A stretch of DNA of 63,420 nucleotides, the filler included, from Octopus bimaculoides (lineage: Eukaryota): NCBI RefSeq assembly GCF_001194135.2. It is 6 parts of 6 records of this genome, joined end to end, with 100 filler letters (N's around TTAATTAATTAA, not from the genome) between each part and the next. Parts side by side here need not be neighbours in the genome. Positions count along the whole stretch, not along the records: positions 22,136 to 32,030 come from NC_068992.1; positions 32,131 to 43,294 come from NC_068983.1; 4 more parts are not named here. One strand, given 5' to 3'. Both the position numbers and the translations under genes were made by a program. This document shows, one piece after another, positions 25,027 to 38,315 of the stretch. The stretch's first letter is position 1, and each line of letters starts with the position of its first letter. The notes under the pieces were generated by a model. That model made no database searches and was not told the DNA's origin. It saw only the letters and a list, made by a program, of their open reading frames with translations.

Positions 25027-26744
25027 GCTTCCTTTCATTATAACTTCATTTCAGCTGCCTTAGTACCGGGCATCCTCTGGAGGCCAAGAGTAGCAAGGGC
25101 ACTTTTGTTTTGCTATGCATGCTAAAATTATCACCACATTTATTCCAATTTAGATGGAGAGTGTTTTCCATAGTATATAGGCTGTACCCATCAAGGTTAT
25201 CTTTTTTTTTATCATTATTATTATTATCATTACTATTATTATTTAAGGATAGGGTAGAATCAGTTAAACAGTAGACTAAGATAGATCTTAACAGTCAAGA
25301 TTAAATCTTGACAGCTGCCATTTTTAGCTTTCATCTTTCCTGGATTGATAAAACGAAGTACCAACCAAGAACAGGAGTTGATATAATCAACAGTTCCTTC
25401 TCACAACGTAACCTCGTGTCTTGTGAAAATAATTTATAAATTATTATATATTGAAACCAAATATATTTACATACAATCAAGCTAAATCACATGCCGTATG
25501 GTGTAGAGTGCAAATGTTTGTCTTGCACTATATGCCAAATGTCTATGGTTAAGAAGTTTGCTCTGCAATTAGGTCTTGGGTGAAATCACACACGCGTATA
25601 CACACACACACGCAAATTCAGTATAAAAATTCCCATCATATTCTTGCAATTGGTCATTGTAATTTTCGCCATTTATCACCCCTTGTGACAATTAAAGAAC
25701 CAACTTTGCATTTCATCCTTTCGGGGATGATAAATTAAGTACCACTCAAGTACTGNNNNNNNNNNNNNNNNNNNGGGGGGGGGGGGTCATGAAATCAACT
25801 GTCCCGCCCCTCAAAAGTTGCCGGCGTTGTGCCAGATTTTGAAACCCTTACTGTTTAAAAAAAAGCAGTCGGTAATTGTGTTAGTGCTGATGACAGAGAC
25901 AACAGCAGTGACATCGCTGTTGGTAATAGCAAATGGAGAAAGACACAAAGAGGTAAATGTAAAAAGTAAAGTTACCTTCTTGAGTTATGCTGACGCTTAA
26001 GGGCCGGTTTCCCGGTTTCCATCAATAATATCAATACGCTAACTTTTCGTCTTTGTACGTATGTACGTACCTGTGGTGTGCGTCACACTTACTTCAAAGG
26101 AAAAGGTAAAAAGGTTGAAGGGAGAGGTACAAAGAAAAAGTGGCTTATAAATTCCCCACTTGGGTAGGACACCGGTGCGTTACAAGATTACTCATTTTTG
26201 CCAGCTGAGTGGACTGGAATAATGTGAAATGAGGTGTTTCTGCTCAAGAACACAACAGGTCACCTGGTTCAGGAATCAAAACCACAAGGGAATGGGGAGA
26301 GAGAGAGAGAAAGAGGTAAAGAGGAAGAGAGACAAGATTAGCATGCACATAAGAGAGACAGAGAGAGAAAACATGAGAGAAAAGGAGGGAAAAAAAGGCT
26401 AGAGAAAAAGAAAGAAGAGACAATAAACAAGATGATAATGGTGGACAGTGGTAGCGATGGTGTTGGCAGTAGTTAACAACATGGTTATTTGTCACGACTT
26501 TTGTTTGCTGTTTGGTATGGTGGTGGTGATGTTGCTCAATGACAATTACTTGCACTAAAGCACATATGTTAAATCATACGAAACTTTTTTTTTTTATAAA
26601 TTTCAGTTCGCAAATATAAATAGTTTGCTGTCTACTTAACTTATTACAAACACCATTATTTAACACCCTTCCAGCATCTTCACCACAATAAACATTTACA
26701 GTTCTCAGCATATATATGTGTATATCTGCACATGTGTATGCGTG

Positions 26745-27515
26745 CATGTATATTTGTGTGGTAAGAAGCTTGTTTCCCAACCACGTGGTTCCAGGTTCAG
26801 TCCCACTGTGTAGCACCTTGGGCAAGTGTCTACTATAACCTCAGGTCAACCAAAGCCTTGTGAGTGGATTTGGTAGATGAAAACTGAAAGAACCCCGTTG
26901 TATGTGTGTGTGTCTATATCTATCTATCTATATATATGTTTGTGTGTGTGTCTTTGTGTGTGTGATTGCCCCCACCACCACTTGACAACCAATGTTAGTG
27001 TGTTTACATCCCCCGTAACTTAGCAGTTTGGCAAAAGTGATGAATAGATTAAGTACAAGCCTTAACAAAAAAATAAGTTCTGGAGTCCATTCGTTTGTCT
27101 AAAAAAAATTGTTCAAAGCAGTGCCCCAGCATGGCTGCAGTCTAATGACTGAAACAAGAAAAAGATAAACGGTATATACACACACACACACACACATTAN
27201 NNNNNNNNNTAAGAAGCTTGTTTCCCAACCACGTGGTTCCAGGTTCAGTCCCACTGTGTAGCACCTTGGGCAAGTGTCTACTATAACCTCAGGTCAACCA
27301 AAGCCTTGTGAGTGGATTTGGTAGATGAAAACTGAAAGAACCCCGTTGTATGTGTGTGTGTCTATATCTATCTATCTATATATATGTTTGTGTGTGTGTC
27401 TTTGTGTGTGTGATTGCCCCCACCACCACTTGACAACCAATGTTAGTGTGTTTACATCCCCCGTAACTTAGCAGTTTGGCAAAAGTGATGAATAGATTAA
27501 GTACAAGCCTTAACA
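26745..27515 (+). mobile_element. SINE-B, with its 5' ~305 bp repeated exactly after a 10-N gap (probable assembly duplication)
   Basis: 26762-27065 and 27210-27515 read as identical base for base. Confidence 0.88.
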
Positions 27516-27525
27516 NNNNNNNNNN

Positions 27526-27905
27526 TAAGGATGCATGAGAGTTGAGAGTTGTGTTAGATTTTAAAAAAAGAGAAAAGGGGCTAAAAGTTTGTGTTAAGCA
27601 GGAAGTGTGGTGTCAAAACAGGAAGTGTGTGTAAGGGGAGACAAATCTTTTTAGTTGGAGTTATGAACTCTTTTTCAACAGGAAGTTTATGTCTGTTCCG
27701 AGAGAAATAAGGTCACTGAGGGGTATGTGTGTTAAGAAATGGTTGGAATTTCTCTATGAAAAGATTCTCCTTGTTGATTCTTTCTTGTGTGGAGATTCTG
27801 TCTTTACATTGATAGAAAGGGAATATAAGGAATTTAGGGTTTTTGTTCCTGGTGCAAGAGTCTATGTGGCCACTGAGTGGAATTTGACGGTATTGAGGGA
27901 GATAC
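27526..27905 (-). mobile_element. Penelope-like element 3' end: GIY-YIG endonuclease C-terminus plus terminal repeat
   Basis: IPLSGHIDSC..NPKFLIFPFYQC..RINKENLFIEKFQPFLN* (27713-27905) resembles the E..FI..F.P.LN end of PLE GIY-YIG domains; the 3' UTR carries three ACTTCCTG motifs. Confidence 0.7.
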
Positions 27906-28961
27906 ATATATATATATATCATCATCATCATCATCATTTAACGTCCAACCCATGCCAGCATGGAAAACAGACATTAAACGATGATGATGATGATGATGAT
28001 TATTATTATTATTATTATTACTACTTCTGGTAGCAAGCTACAACACATTTATTCTGGTTGAATAAAAACCATTCAAGATTTAAATTTGCCACACATGCAC
28101 ACACCCAGTCCTGTATATTTTGAGTTCAAATCCTTGTTTTTCATCTCTTCGGATTAAATGAAAGGATAAGCAGCAGGTTTGTATTGGAATCCGGTAGAGA
28201 GAGAGAGAGAGAAAGGGAGAGAGGGAGATGGAAAACAAAGAGAAAAACAATAAGAACAGAGAAGAATGAAGAACAGAAAAATAATGAAGAAACAAACAAC
28301 AAAACAAAAAAAGAAAGAACACGATCATAAAAAGACTGCTTCATAAATAGAACGAAGTCAAGTGACCTGCATGAAAATATCAATATTAAAAGACATTTTG
28401 GAAATAATAGCAGAATGCTAATCGAGGCCATCATTGAAAACGGAAAATATTGGCCAAACTGATATGTGAGTGAGTAGCTGGTGGAATGAGATTATAGATC
28501 AGGCAATGGAATGAATGAGAGTCAATATAAATTAGAAGAAAACAACGCTAAGATATTGATCTTTGCATTGGCGAAAGTATCCAGTGAGCATTCGCTGAGA
28601 AACTGCATGAGTTTATCTGCTGCTATATTCCGTCAGTCATAATCACACGTCGCTGGACAAATGACTAATGTCTAACATGCGTACAACATATCTTGGTTTT
28701 GTTGAGTGAACAATGACCCATTTTCGACTTTCACATTGTAATCATTTCATTTCACTTACGTTTTTTAAGAGAAAACACGAGTGTTTACAAGATGGGCTCC
28801 TTTGTTTCCAGGAATTTAATTGATCGACTCACAAACGAAATAAAAGAAACAAGAATGTATTTTAAATAATTAACACGATTCATAAATAATTATAACAATT
28901 TTGTTCATAGTTTTTTTTCTCTTTATGGTCCCAGTCAAAAACAACAAAAACGAAAATAGAC

Positions 28962-29467
28962 ACAGGTGTGGCTGTGTGGTAAGAAGCTTGCTTCACGTCC
29001 TGTGTGGTCTTGGGTTCAAACCCACTGCACAGCATCTTTGTCAATATCTTCCACTATAGCCTCAGGACAACCAAAGCCTTCTGGGAGAATTTGATAGAAC
29101 TGAAAGATGCTCATTGTGTGTGCGTGTGTACGTACGTATGTACATACATACATACGTACATATATACATACATACATACATACATACACACATACATACA
29201 TACACATGTTTCGGTGTTTGTGCTTGTACACCGCAACCACATGACAACCAATGTTGGTTTTTTTCTTTTTTTTTTTTTTATCTTTTATATTTGTTTCAGT
29301 CATTTGACTATGGCCATGCTGGAGCACCGCCTTTAATCGAGCAAATCAACCCCGGGACTTATTCTTTGTAAGCCTAGTAGTTATTCCATCAGTCTCTTTT
29401 GCCGAACTGCTAAGTTACAGGGACATAAGCACACCAGCATTGGTTGTCAAGCAATGTCGGGGGGGCA

Positions 29468-29509
<42 letters not shown>

Positions 29510-29682
29510 CATATATACGACAGGCTTCTTTCAGTCTCCGCCTACCAAATCCACTCACAAGACTTTGGTCGGCCCGAGGCTATAGTAGAAGACACTTGCC
29601 CAAGGTGCCACGCAGTGGGAGTGAACCCGGAACCATGTGGTTGGTAAGCAAGCTACATACCACTCAGCGACTCCTGCGCCTA
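28962..29682. mobile_element. SINE-B head (+, ~28962-29120) and near-complete SINE-B (-, ~29287-29682)
   Basis: Family motifs in both orientations. Confidence 0.88.
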
Positions 29683-30739
29683 TAAAGAAAAACAGGGGGA
29701 ATAATAGCATCCTTGTAACGTAACAGTTCAGCAAAGAGAGAATGACAAAATAACCACCAGGTTTAAGAATAAGCAATCAGTTTGACTAAAAGCTTTCAAG
29801 GTGGTGCTGCAGCATGCCAGCAGATCAAAGACTGAAATAGGTAGAAGATAGAAGATAAAAAGGCCTACCAAATTTAGTTCATTCATATAAACTTTTGTTA
29901 CTATGACTACATTACAGTACTTAAACTCAAAGCCCTGCCCTGCCCTCCTCCCTTTCAGTATCCAAGACCTTTCAATGAACCCATTTTCCTCGTTTCACCC
30001 AGTCTCTCTTCACATGTCCATTCTGTTTAATACATCTGCTTTTTGAATTCAACAGACTTGATTTAACTGATCCTTGACATGCCACCCCAGCAAGATCCTG
30101 GTTAATACAACGGCTAATTAATCACAGACTTCAGTGCCCCTGATCATGTTTCAACCAAATCTTAGAAGCCATCTAAGCATATACACCGACCATTCAAGTG
30201 TTTCCTTCCCTTCAAAACATAATACATCAGACCATTCTCTTCATTCTCTTGTCCCACTCACTGTATCCATGAATGGCACACACACACACACACACACACA
30301 CATTCACCAGAAGCAATAAATTACAGCATTCAGTACAAATGTAGGGTAATTCTTTTATACATTACAAGAGTAACTCTGAATGCCGGAAATCAGAGCCTTT
30401 CTATCTATTTATCTACACAAACACACACACACAAATACACATGCACCCATGTGTATTCGTTCATGTATCACCTCTTCTTTTTAACCATGGTTTGAGATGG
30501 AGATTCATTTCAGTCGAGATTTGATGGCTAGATGTTCTCCGACCAACAACGCTTACCTGTTTTCCAAGTGATAGATATCATTATTCCAGACATCTTAGGA
30601 AGCACAGAGCAACTGGTCACAATGCCAACAAGGAATGTCAACACCGGCATCACTTCACTAGATTGTTGAAGCAAGTAAAATATATAAACTTTGATACATG
30701 CTCCTCCCCCCCACACACACACACAGGCGGGTACACAAT

Positions 30740-31312
30740 TGACAGGTTTCCTGCAGTTTTCATTTTACCAAATTCTCTCGCAAGACATTGGTTGGTCAGG
30801 TGCCACATGGGACTGAACATGGAACCACATGGCCGTGAAGCGAACTTCGTACATCGTCATCCTCATCAACATTTTAATGTCCACTTTACCATGCTTGCAT
30901 GAATCAGATGGAGTTTACTCGGGTAGATTTTCTATGGCTGGATGCCCTTCCTGCTGCTAACATTAAACTGTTTCCAACAGAACTAATGTTTCTCCACAAT
31001 CAGACCTTTTCACAGAATATTGGAAACGAAGGACATTCATGTACGACAACTATGCGATGTCAAAACAAAAAGACACAAACACACACACAATTCATAAACA
31101 TACATACATATATATATACAACATACACACACTCACACACACATATATATAAACAATGTGCTTCTTTCGGTTTCTGTCTACTAAATCCACTTACAAGTCT
31201 TTGGTCCACCCATCTATAGCAAAAGACACTTGCCCAAGGTGCCACACAATGTACTGAACCCAGAGCAAAGTGGTTGAGAAAATAACTGCTTACCACACAG
31301 TCACGCCTGCAA
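30740..31312 (-). mobile_element. Nested decayed SINEs: SINE-B heads and a fourth family with GGCTGGATGCCCTTCC and a (GAT)n-type tail
   Basis: SINE-B-like at ~30740-30850 and ~31160-31312; CATTTTAATGTCCACTTTACCATGC..GGCTGGATGCCCTTCCTG at ~30855-31060. Confidence 0.65.
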
Positions 31313-31328
31313 TACATTTAAGAATACG

Positions 31329-31393
<65 letters not shown>

Positions 31394-31421
31394 TACATGC
31401 ATATATACATGTATACATATA

Positions 31422-32030
31422 CTAGTAGCTAAGCCCGGTTTCACCTGGTCAGAGAGCGATGCGAAGAGAGAAACGAAGACATTAAAAAGAGGAAGAAGTG
31501 GATACGAAGTGGTGTTTGGGTGATGGAACTTGGTAGAAAAAAAAAAAATGTCATGGTGAGTTAGTAAGGAGAGCAAAGCAAGACTGGACTTACGTGGGCT
31601 GGCAGGACCATGAAAAAATTGAGGAGTTGAAATAGGAGCAGTTGAAGTTGCCGTTGTTATCATTAGAGTGCCTCTTGGTAGACAACATTCTTTGTCCTTT
31701 CCTCAGGTGCACAAATAGAAAGACCCTGGAGACAGCCAACATACAGTTGTGCGTGTGAGAATACTTGGTATGTCAGATTCAAACCAACCGCTTGCACTGA
31801 TTGTCCCTGTGCCTTGTTGATTGTCATGGGAAAGCAGTTTGATGGGAAATTGCATCTGTTTAAACTTGTAGGTCGTATCGGAGTGGGTAAAGGACATGGG
31901 AGTTATAAGTATGTCTTAGCCAGCGGCCGGTTCATTCAAGATTGTTGCCTACAGAACTCGGGAGCACAATTTTTTGATAATCATCCACATACCATTGCAC
32001 ATTATTGGAGCATCTAAATTCCTTAGCAGC
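31422..32030 (-). mobile_element. Helitron 3' end: PIF1-like helicase C-terminus (pseudogenised), subterminal hairpin and CTAG
   Basis: LLRNLDAPIMCNG..*ATIL..FKQMQFPIKL / FPMTINKAQGQSVQAVGLNL..VFSHAQLYV..TKNVVYQEAL* (stop 31663-65). Hairpin CCAGGT-GAA-ACCGGG at 31448-31434, then CTAG|T at 31425-31421. Confidence 0.92.
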
Positions 32031-32130
32031 NNNNNNNNNNNNNNNNNNNNNNNNNNNNNNNNNNNNNNNNNNNNTTAATTAATTAANNNNNNNNNNNNNN
32101 NNNNNNNNNNNNNNNNNNNNNNNNNNNNNN
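32031..32130. other. Artificial scaffold-joining spacer
   Basis: 44 N + TTAATTAATTAA + 44 N. Confidence 0.95.
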
Positions 32131-32176
<46 letters not shown>

Positions 32177-32546
32177 ACAAGTTATGGACCCTTAACAACT
32201 TGATGGAGTTCTAGTGCGTCGAAGTATAAAACAGCTCATCTCGGAGATGTCAGTACTGGTGGATTTCTTCCGGAAGCTAAGAAAAAAACTGACAGAAAGA
32301 AGGAAAAACGAAAATTTTCCAGTGTGGGTCTATTGCTTTATTGTCGTTGAAGAGAAGTCAAAGTTGATTTCCTTGAGACTTGAACTAAGAAAGCACAGAA
32401 CTACAGCAATTACCACAAAGCAAACTATCCAACGACCGACAATACAGTCAAGTCGTAATCTACATATATGTGCATGAATATATATATGCGTATATGCATA
32501 CGTACATGCATACATACAAACATACATACATACATACATACAAACA

Positions 32547-32577
<31 letters not shown>

Positions 32578-32721
32578 GTACAGAAATATCCTGTGAAGGA
32601 ACCTTGAATCTTCATTAGAAAACAACTTTGTCTCTATTGGCGAGACATCTTGAACTAAAACTGAATAATGACATACTTACATATATACATATATGCATAC
32701 ATACATACATATATACATACA

Positions 32722-32752
<31 letters not shown>

Positions 32753-32785
32753 CTGCGTGTGTATATGTGTGTGTATGTGTGTGTA

Positions 32786-32821
<36 letters not shown>

Positions 32822-33682
32822 NNNNNNNNNNATTATCATTCAACGTCCATTTTCTATGCTGACATAGAGGCTGTGGTTGAAGCCAATGGCGATTTTATTG
32901 AATAAATTTATTCTTAAGTATTTCAACATATTTTTATGTAATTTTGATAAATATTAAAATGAGAGTCAGTGTTAGTTTCCTTACTGCGTAATTCACACGC
33001 CAATATATTCACCGCATCCTGTATATATATTATATAACGTATGTTGATACTGTGTGGACCGAGATCCACTATGACTGGTCAGTTGATATTAAATAAAGTG
33101 GTAAACATTTGTAGTATGCCAATTAGTAGCTCCGTTTCTCTGAAGCTACTGAATTTCTATATATTTAAATAGCTTGCCTGCTAATTATTTTCCGGGTTTG
33201 GTCAAATGATGTTCACACATATGATTAGACTCCAATAAAGGTCCAAAATTGATCGAGGTTGTTCGTCATTTTTCAATAAAGGAGAAATAGGGAAAGCCGC
33301 CGTGTTTGTATGCCTTCTATGCAGTTTTCAGATACACTCATATATCTATCTGTCTGTCTGTCTATTTATCTATTTGTGTGTGTGTGCGTGTGGAACTCCC
33401 TCATTCCCCACAAGCCATTAAAAATGCGAGAACACTGGCTATGCGCCAGCATGGTTACAACCGTTGGGCTGAAACGTATAAGAGAATAATACACACACAC
33501 ACACACACACACATATATATTCATATATACATCGTACAGTGCACATTTCGACGTTTCTAATAAAAAAACAAATGTTCGTTTATTTATTTTTTCACACACA
33601 CATGCGGCGCCCGCGCGCGCGCACGCACACACACACACACACATACAAACACACATTCTCTCCCCCCCTCTCTCTCTCTCTC

Positions 33683-33764
<82 letters not shown>

Positions 33765-33903
33765 TTTTGAAAAGTCTTTCTGAAAATTACTTTAAGTATA
33801 AAGGGGATTTTTTTAAAATTATTTTTAAAAAAGAATTATAGAATCTTTTATCAGGTCGTTACTAAACATTTTGGAAGATTTTTTTCGTAGTGTGTGTGAG
33901 CAC

Positions 33904-33963
<60 letters not shown>

Positions 33964-34313
33964 CTACATTATTATATATCGGCACTGACTTTCTTTCTAA
34001 ACATATTTCATTAAAGCCACAACTGCGTTTCAGTTTTATTTTTGTATTACAGATTTATCACATTTTCCTATAAGTTTCCTATAAGTTTCTTGCAGTTAGT
34101 TTGGAACAGCAAATTAATTTAATACGTGAATGCTCACATCGAAACCTAACGGTCGAAAACCCTTGGCGGGGTAACTACAAAAGTTAGATTAGTCCATATG
34201 GAGCAAGTTAGATGCTAAATCTATTTGAATTCTTGAAAATATCATTGTGAACGTCTGGAAGCGTTTAATATATTTATACCAACTTTATTTTTGTAAACTA
34301 ACTGTTGGAAACT

Positions 34314-34667
34314 GATTGTTGTTGGCACTCCGTCGCGGGTTCCAGTTGATCTGATCAACGGAACAGCCTGCTTGTGAAAATAACGTGCAAGTGGCTGAGC
34401 ACTCCACAGACACGTGTACCTTAACGGAGATTCAGCGTGAGGCAGTGTGACAAGGCTGACCCTTTGAATTACAGGTACAACAGAAACAGGAAGAGAAAGT
34501 TGTGGTGAAAGAATACAGCAGGGTTCACCACCATCCCCTGCCGGAGCCTTGTAAAGCTTCAGGTGTTTTCGCTCAATAAACACTCACAACGCCCGGTGTG
34601 GGAATCGAAACCTCGATCCTATGACCGTGAGTCCGTTGCCCTAACCACTGGGTTATTTCGCCTCCAC
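34314..34667 (-). mobile_element. Full-length SINE-C (C1) with 8-bp TSD
   Basis: tRNA-like head and full tail; TGGAAACT at 34306-34313 and 34668-34675. Confidence 0.88.
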
Positions 34668-36914
34668 TGGAAACTAATACGAAAATATTAATAATATGTA
34701 AAAAAAAAAAAATGGAACAAAGTCGTGTCTTCAATAAAGCATACTAAATAATGTTGAATCATGCTTCATGATCGGCAGAGTTGACGAAAATAAACCGAGA
34801 ATGCAGTTGTTCATCTGACTGGATTGGTACCTACATCGGAAGAGAATGGTATTTGCCTTTTCAATGCGTAAGCTATAAGTAATGTTTAGTTAATATTGTT
34901 ATGTAATATATGTCGCTAGTTAATATAGGTTTGATGTAAAGGCTGTTATATATACAGAAATATATTTGTATGAATATTTCGATATGAATGTATGTCAGTA
35001 ATAAAGCATAAAGTATATTACTCCTTGCTGAACATCTGATACAAAGCATGTTATGCAAAAGCGAGAGCTCATTTCGGAGGAAAAAAACCGAGATTTCCGG
35101 GTAGTGTCTAATGTCGTTCTGCTTGTTCGCGCAATACTCCTGTGTTTTACAACACATAGGAAACTTCTAGAAATTTCGGAAACAGAATTTGATTACTGTA
35201 ATTTTCGTAACCATATTTAATGTTACGTTTATGTATGTTTTACAAGATTTCTGATGTGAAACAGTTTGTTATATTTCGGGACAGATGTGTGTTAAAACAG
35301 ATATTGTTATCGAACTCACATCCGTCTAATATCCGGTTAGAATGTTTTTAACCGGATATTAGAGGGTTGTGAGTTCGATCCTCATGACTGGCTGCCGACA
35401 ATTTTTTTCTGCTTTTAAAAAGAAAAAAAGGATTTTATACTTGATGTCTATACTGTTCAGTATCTATACGTTGAATAAAATTTATCTTTCTACTTGTTCT
35501 ACCATACGTTTCAGCGCTTCGAAAAACAAACTTGTTTGTTTACATACGGCGTAACAGATATTGTTATATTTTGGGACGGTCATTTTTTTTTCTCTTGCCA
35601 GGTAAATACACGCACTATATATTCGTTCTTCACTTGATTATTATTATTCTCATTTTATGTCAACTGTCTACAAATCTTTCGTCACACACCTGTGATCTCT
35701 TCAATGACTCTCCATCCTATGTAGAGTCAGATGGATGGGAAGTCGACGATGAGATCTAATAGAGAGATACTACACGCATATCTTGAATTTTCAAGCGTAC
35801 TTAGCGATGTAAGCAACGTAAAATGAATTCAATCCAGGGTTTGTAACTGGATTGCAGATTTCGTTCATCCAGAATTTTGATCTGACTCTACTCCTCGCCA
35901 CTCCTTATATCTCTGTGACTAATCTAGGATTCGTAGTATACACGTTAAGACCAACCGCAGATTGAAGGAAGAAAAAGAAGTAGAGAAACATTTCATAGAC
36001 ATATCTTTATCCAGAGACACATAGACGAAAACAGACACATCTGTACATGTATGTATACACACATACACACACAGAAATATGCATACATTTATATGTATGC
36101 GTGTGTATTATTTAGAAACCTATATTAGTTACAAAAGTTATCAGATCTTTACATATCACAAGAAAAAAAAATAACGGCCCAACTCACATAGTCGAAATCT
36201 CTAGAGAGCAAGGAATACTGCACCATGACTTTTGATGATAATTCATGTGCTTATTCTACTTATTAGAAATCAACACTCAACATACATGCATTCCTTCATA
36301 CATACTTACTTAAACGCATACATACAAAACACACACTCTCACACATACATTCTTGCACCTTTGTCAAGACAGTGATGATGATATTACCTGCAGGTCCACA
36401 CACTCACACACATACACATGCACGCGCGCACACATACACACAGGCGCACGCACCATATCCACATGTATATATATATATATACCTGTTGTCTGTATTGCAT
36501 GTACATTACAGTGAATAAAATTAGGTGTTAGGTAAAGTTACAGAAATACGAGTAAATCGTTGAACGTAGATATCCGTATGTGTATATATGTACGAGTAAG
36601 TATCTATATGTCTACATATTCCTTCATGAGAATATGTTATTTAGCTATGCGTGCGGTTTTGAAAGAGTAGGGGGATGGTGGCGTCTGAGGTTTAGGTTAT
36701 GGCATTGGCAAACCCTGAAGGATATATGAAGCGCTTTCTCGAGGCTGTCATCTTCTATCTGATTTCACAGAGGCGGGGGTTCTTGATATCCACCGAGAAA
36801 TCTAGAATGTATAAAAGAAACCCAAGAAATAATAATCGTCAGGAATATGATGATGTTATTATTGATGATGAAGATGGTGTTCATGATTATGATATAAATA
36901 AAAAATCATGGCTT

Positions 36915-37161
36915 CTAATTTAGGCGCAAGATTAGCAATTTTTGAAGTGGGTCAGGTAGACGATACAACCAAGCTCAGAACTTGACCAGTACTACTTTTT
37001 ATCGACTGCGGAGGGATGAAAAGCGAAACTGGCCTCGATGAAATTGAACTCAGGACGTAAAGATTCTGAAGGCGTTTTTCTCAGTGTTTTAACGATTTAT
37101 TCCAAAACATAATTACAGAACGTAGCGACGGTGTGCTAACCATTCTGCCAGCTCGCTGCCT

Positions 37162-37162
<1 letters not shown>
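36915..37162 (-). mobile_element. Diverged SINE-A
   Basis: Reverse-complement head ..CATTCTGCCAGCTCGCTGCCTT adjoining (TAC)n. Confidence 0.75.
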
Positions 37163-37200
<38 letters not shown>

Positions 37201-37223
37201 AGCTGCTGCTGCTACTGCTGCTG

Positions 37224-37257
<34 letters not shown>

Positions 37258-37332
37258 NNNNNNNNNNNNNNNNNNNNNNNNNNNNNNNNNNNNNNNNNNN
37301 NNNNNNNNNNNNNNNNNNNNNNNNNNNNNNNN

Positions 37333-37368
<36 letters not shown>

Positions 37369-37525
37369 GGGCTGCAATAAGGATGGAGTACCTGCAGAAA
37401 ACAGCACTGCTTGTAACCGCTCGAATATTCCGGATAGTGCTTGGAAAATAAGGGGTGTTACCTCAATTCACTGGTAATGAACAGCTGACACCGTAGTAGA
37501 TCTCCAGCGTTAGAAGCTGTGAAAA

Positions 37526-37527
<2 letters not shown>
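37369..37527 (+). mobile_element. 5'-truncated R4/Dong-clade 3' end inside (TAA)n
   Basis: Aligns with 57017-57178 (GCTGCAATAAG..CAGCACTGCTTG..AATAAGGGGTGTTA..AGAAGCTGTG); (TAA)n on both sides. Confidence 0.88.
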
Positions 37528-37565
<38 letters not shown>

Positions 37566-37567
<2 letters not shown>

Positions 37568-37782
37568 CCTCTCTACTAAACGCACAAGGCTTGAAATTTG
37601 TGGGGAGGGGACAAGTCGATCATATTGACCTCAGTGTTTCACTGATACTTAATTTATCGACCCCGAGAGAATGAATGGCAGAAACCTACCACGGTGGAAT
37701 TTGAACTGAGGATGTAAGGCCGGACGAAATGCCACTAAGCATGCCGCCAGGAGTGCTAACGATTCTGCCAGCTCGCCGCCTT

Positions 37783-37844
<62 letters not shown>

Positions 37845-38036
37845 CAACAATCCTTTCTATTAAAAGCGCAGGGCCTGAAATTTTTGGTATTCCACTGGAA
37901 GTTAAGTTATAGCCCCTCCCACAAAGGATGGAAGGCAAAGTCGTCTTCGGTGGAATTTGAACTCAGAACGTCACGACAGGCGAAATACCGCAAAGCATTT
38001 CGTCCGGCGCGTTAAAGATTCTGTCGGCTGATCGCC

Positions 38037-38039
<3 letters not shown>
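37566..38039 (-). mobile_element. Two SINE-A copies separated by (AAC)n/(AAT)n
   Basis: ~37566-37783 and ~37848-38039, each with a reverse-complement head ending ..GCCGCCTTAA or ..ATCGCCTTAA. Confidence 0.85.
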
Positions 38040-38068
<29 letters not shown>

Positions 38069-38069
<1 letters not shown>

Positions 38070-38315
38070 TCATAGTAGGTGCCTTAGGTATAATAAAAAA
38101 ATATTCAGACAAATACATTACAAAAACACCAGGACTTGCCAATATATATAACATACAGAAAATTGCACTACTGGTTACTGCACACATCCTACGCAAAACA
38201 CTTTCAATACAGTAACCATAAGAGCGTCACAGCAAACCACAGCACATACCCAAGGCGCACAGAGCTGCGCTCGGTAGTGAAGTGAAAGCACGTTATAAAA
38301 ATAAAACTACTGAAC
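38069..38315 (+). mobile_element. 5'-truncated R4/Dong-clade 3' end (second family) inside (AAT)n
   Basis: IIVGALGIIKKYSDKYITKTPGLANIYNIQKIALLVTAHILRKTLSIQ*, the conserved end of REL-type ORFs; (AAT)n on both sides. Confidence 0.85.

Noticed and set aside
28366-28434. Signal-peptide-like MMASISILLLFPKCLLILIFSCR
   Set aside because: T-rich DNA gives hydrophobic codons by default; the donor (GTCACT) is poor and no supporting exon was found.
31707-32017. ~100-codon plus-strand open frame after a good-looking acceptor
   Set aside because: It is the antisense shadow of the Helitron helicase on the minus strand.
35600-35800. Exon-like stretch with AG/GT boundaries
   Set aside because: The tested minus-strand exon has stops in all three frames, and no plus-strand model was recognisable.
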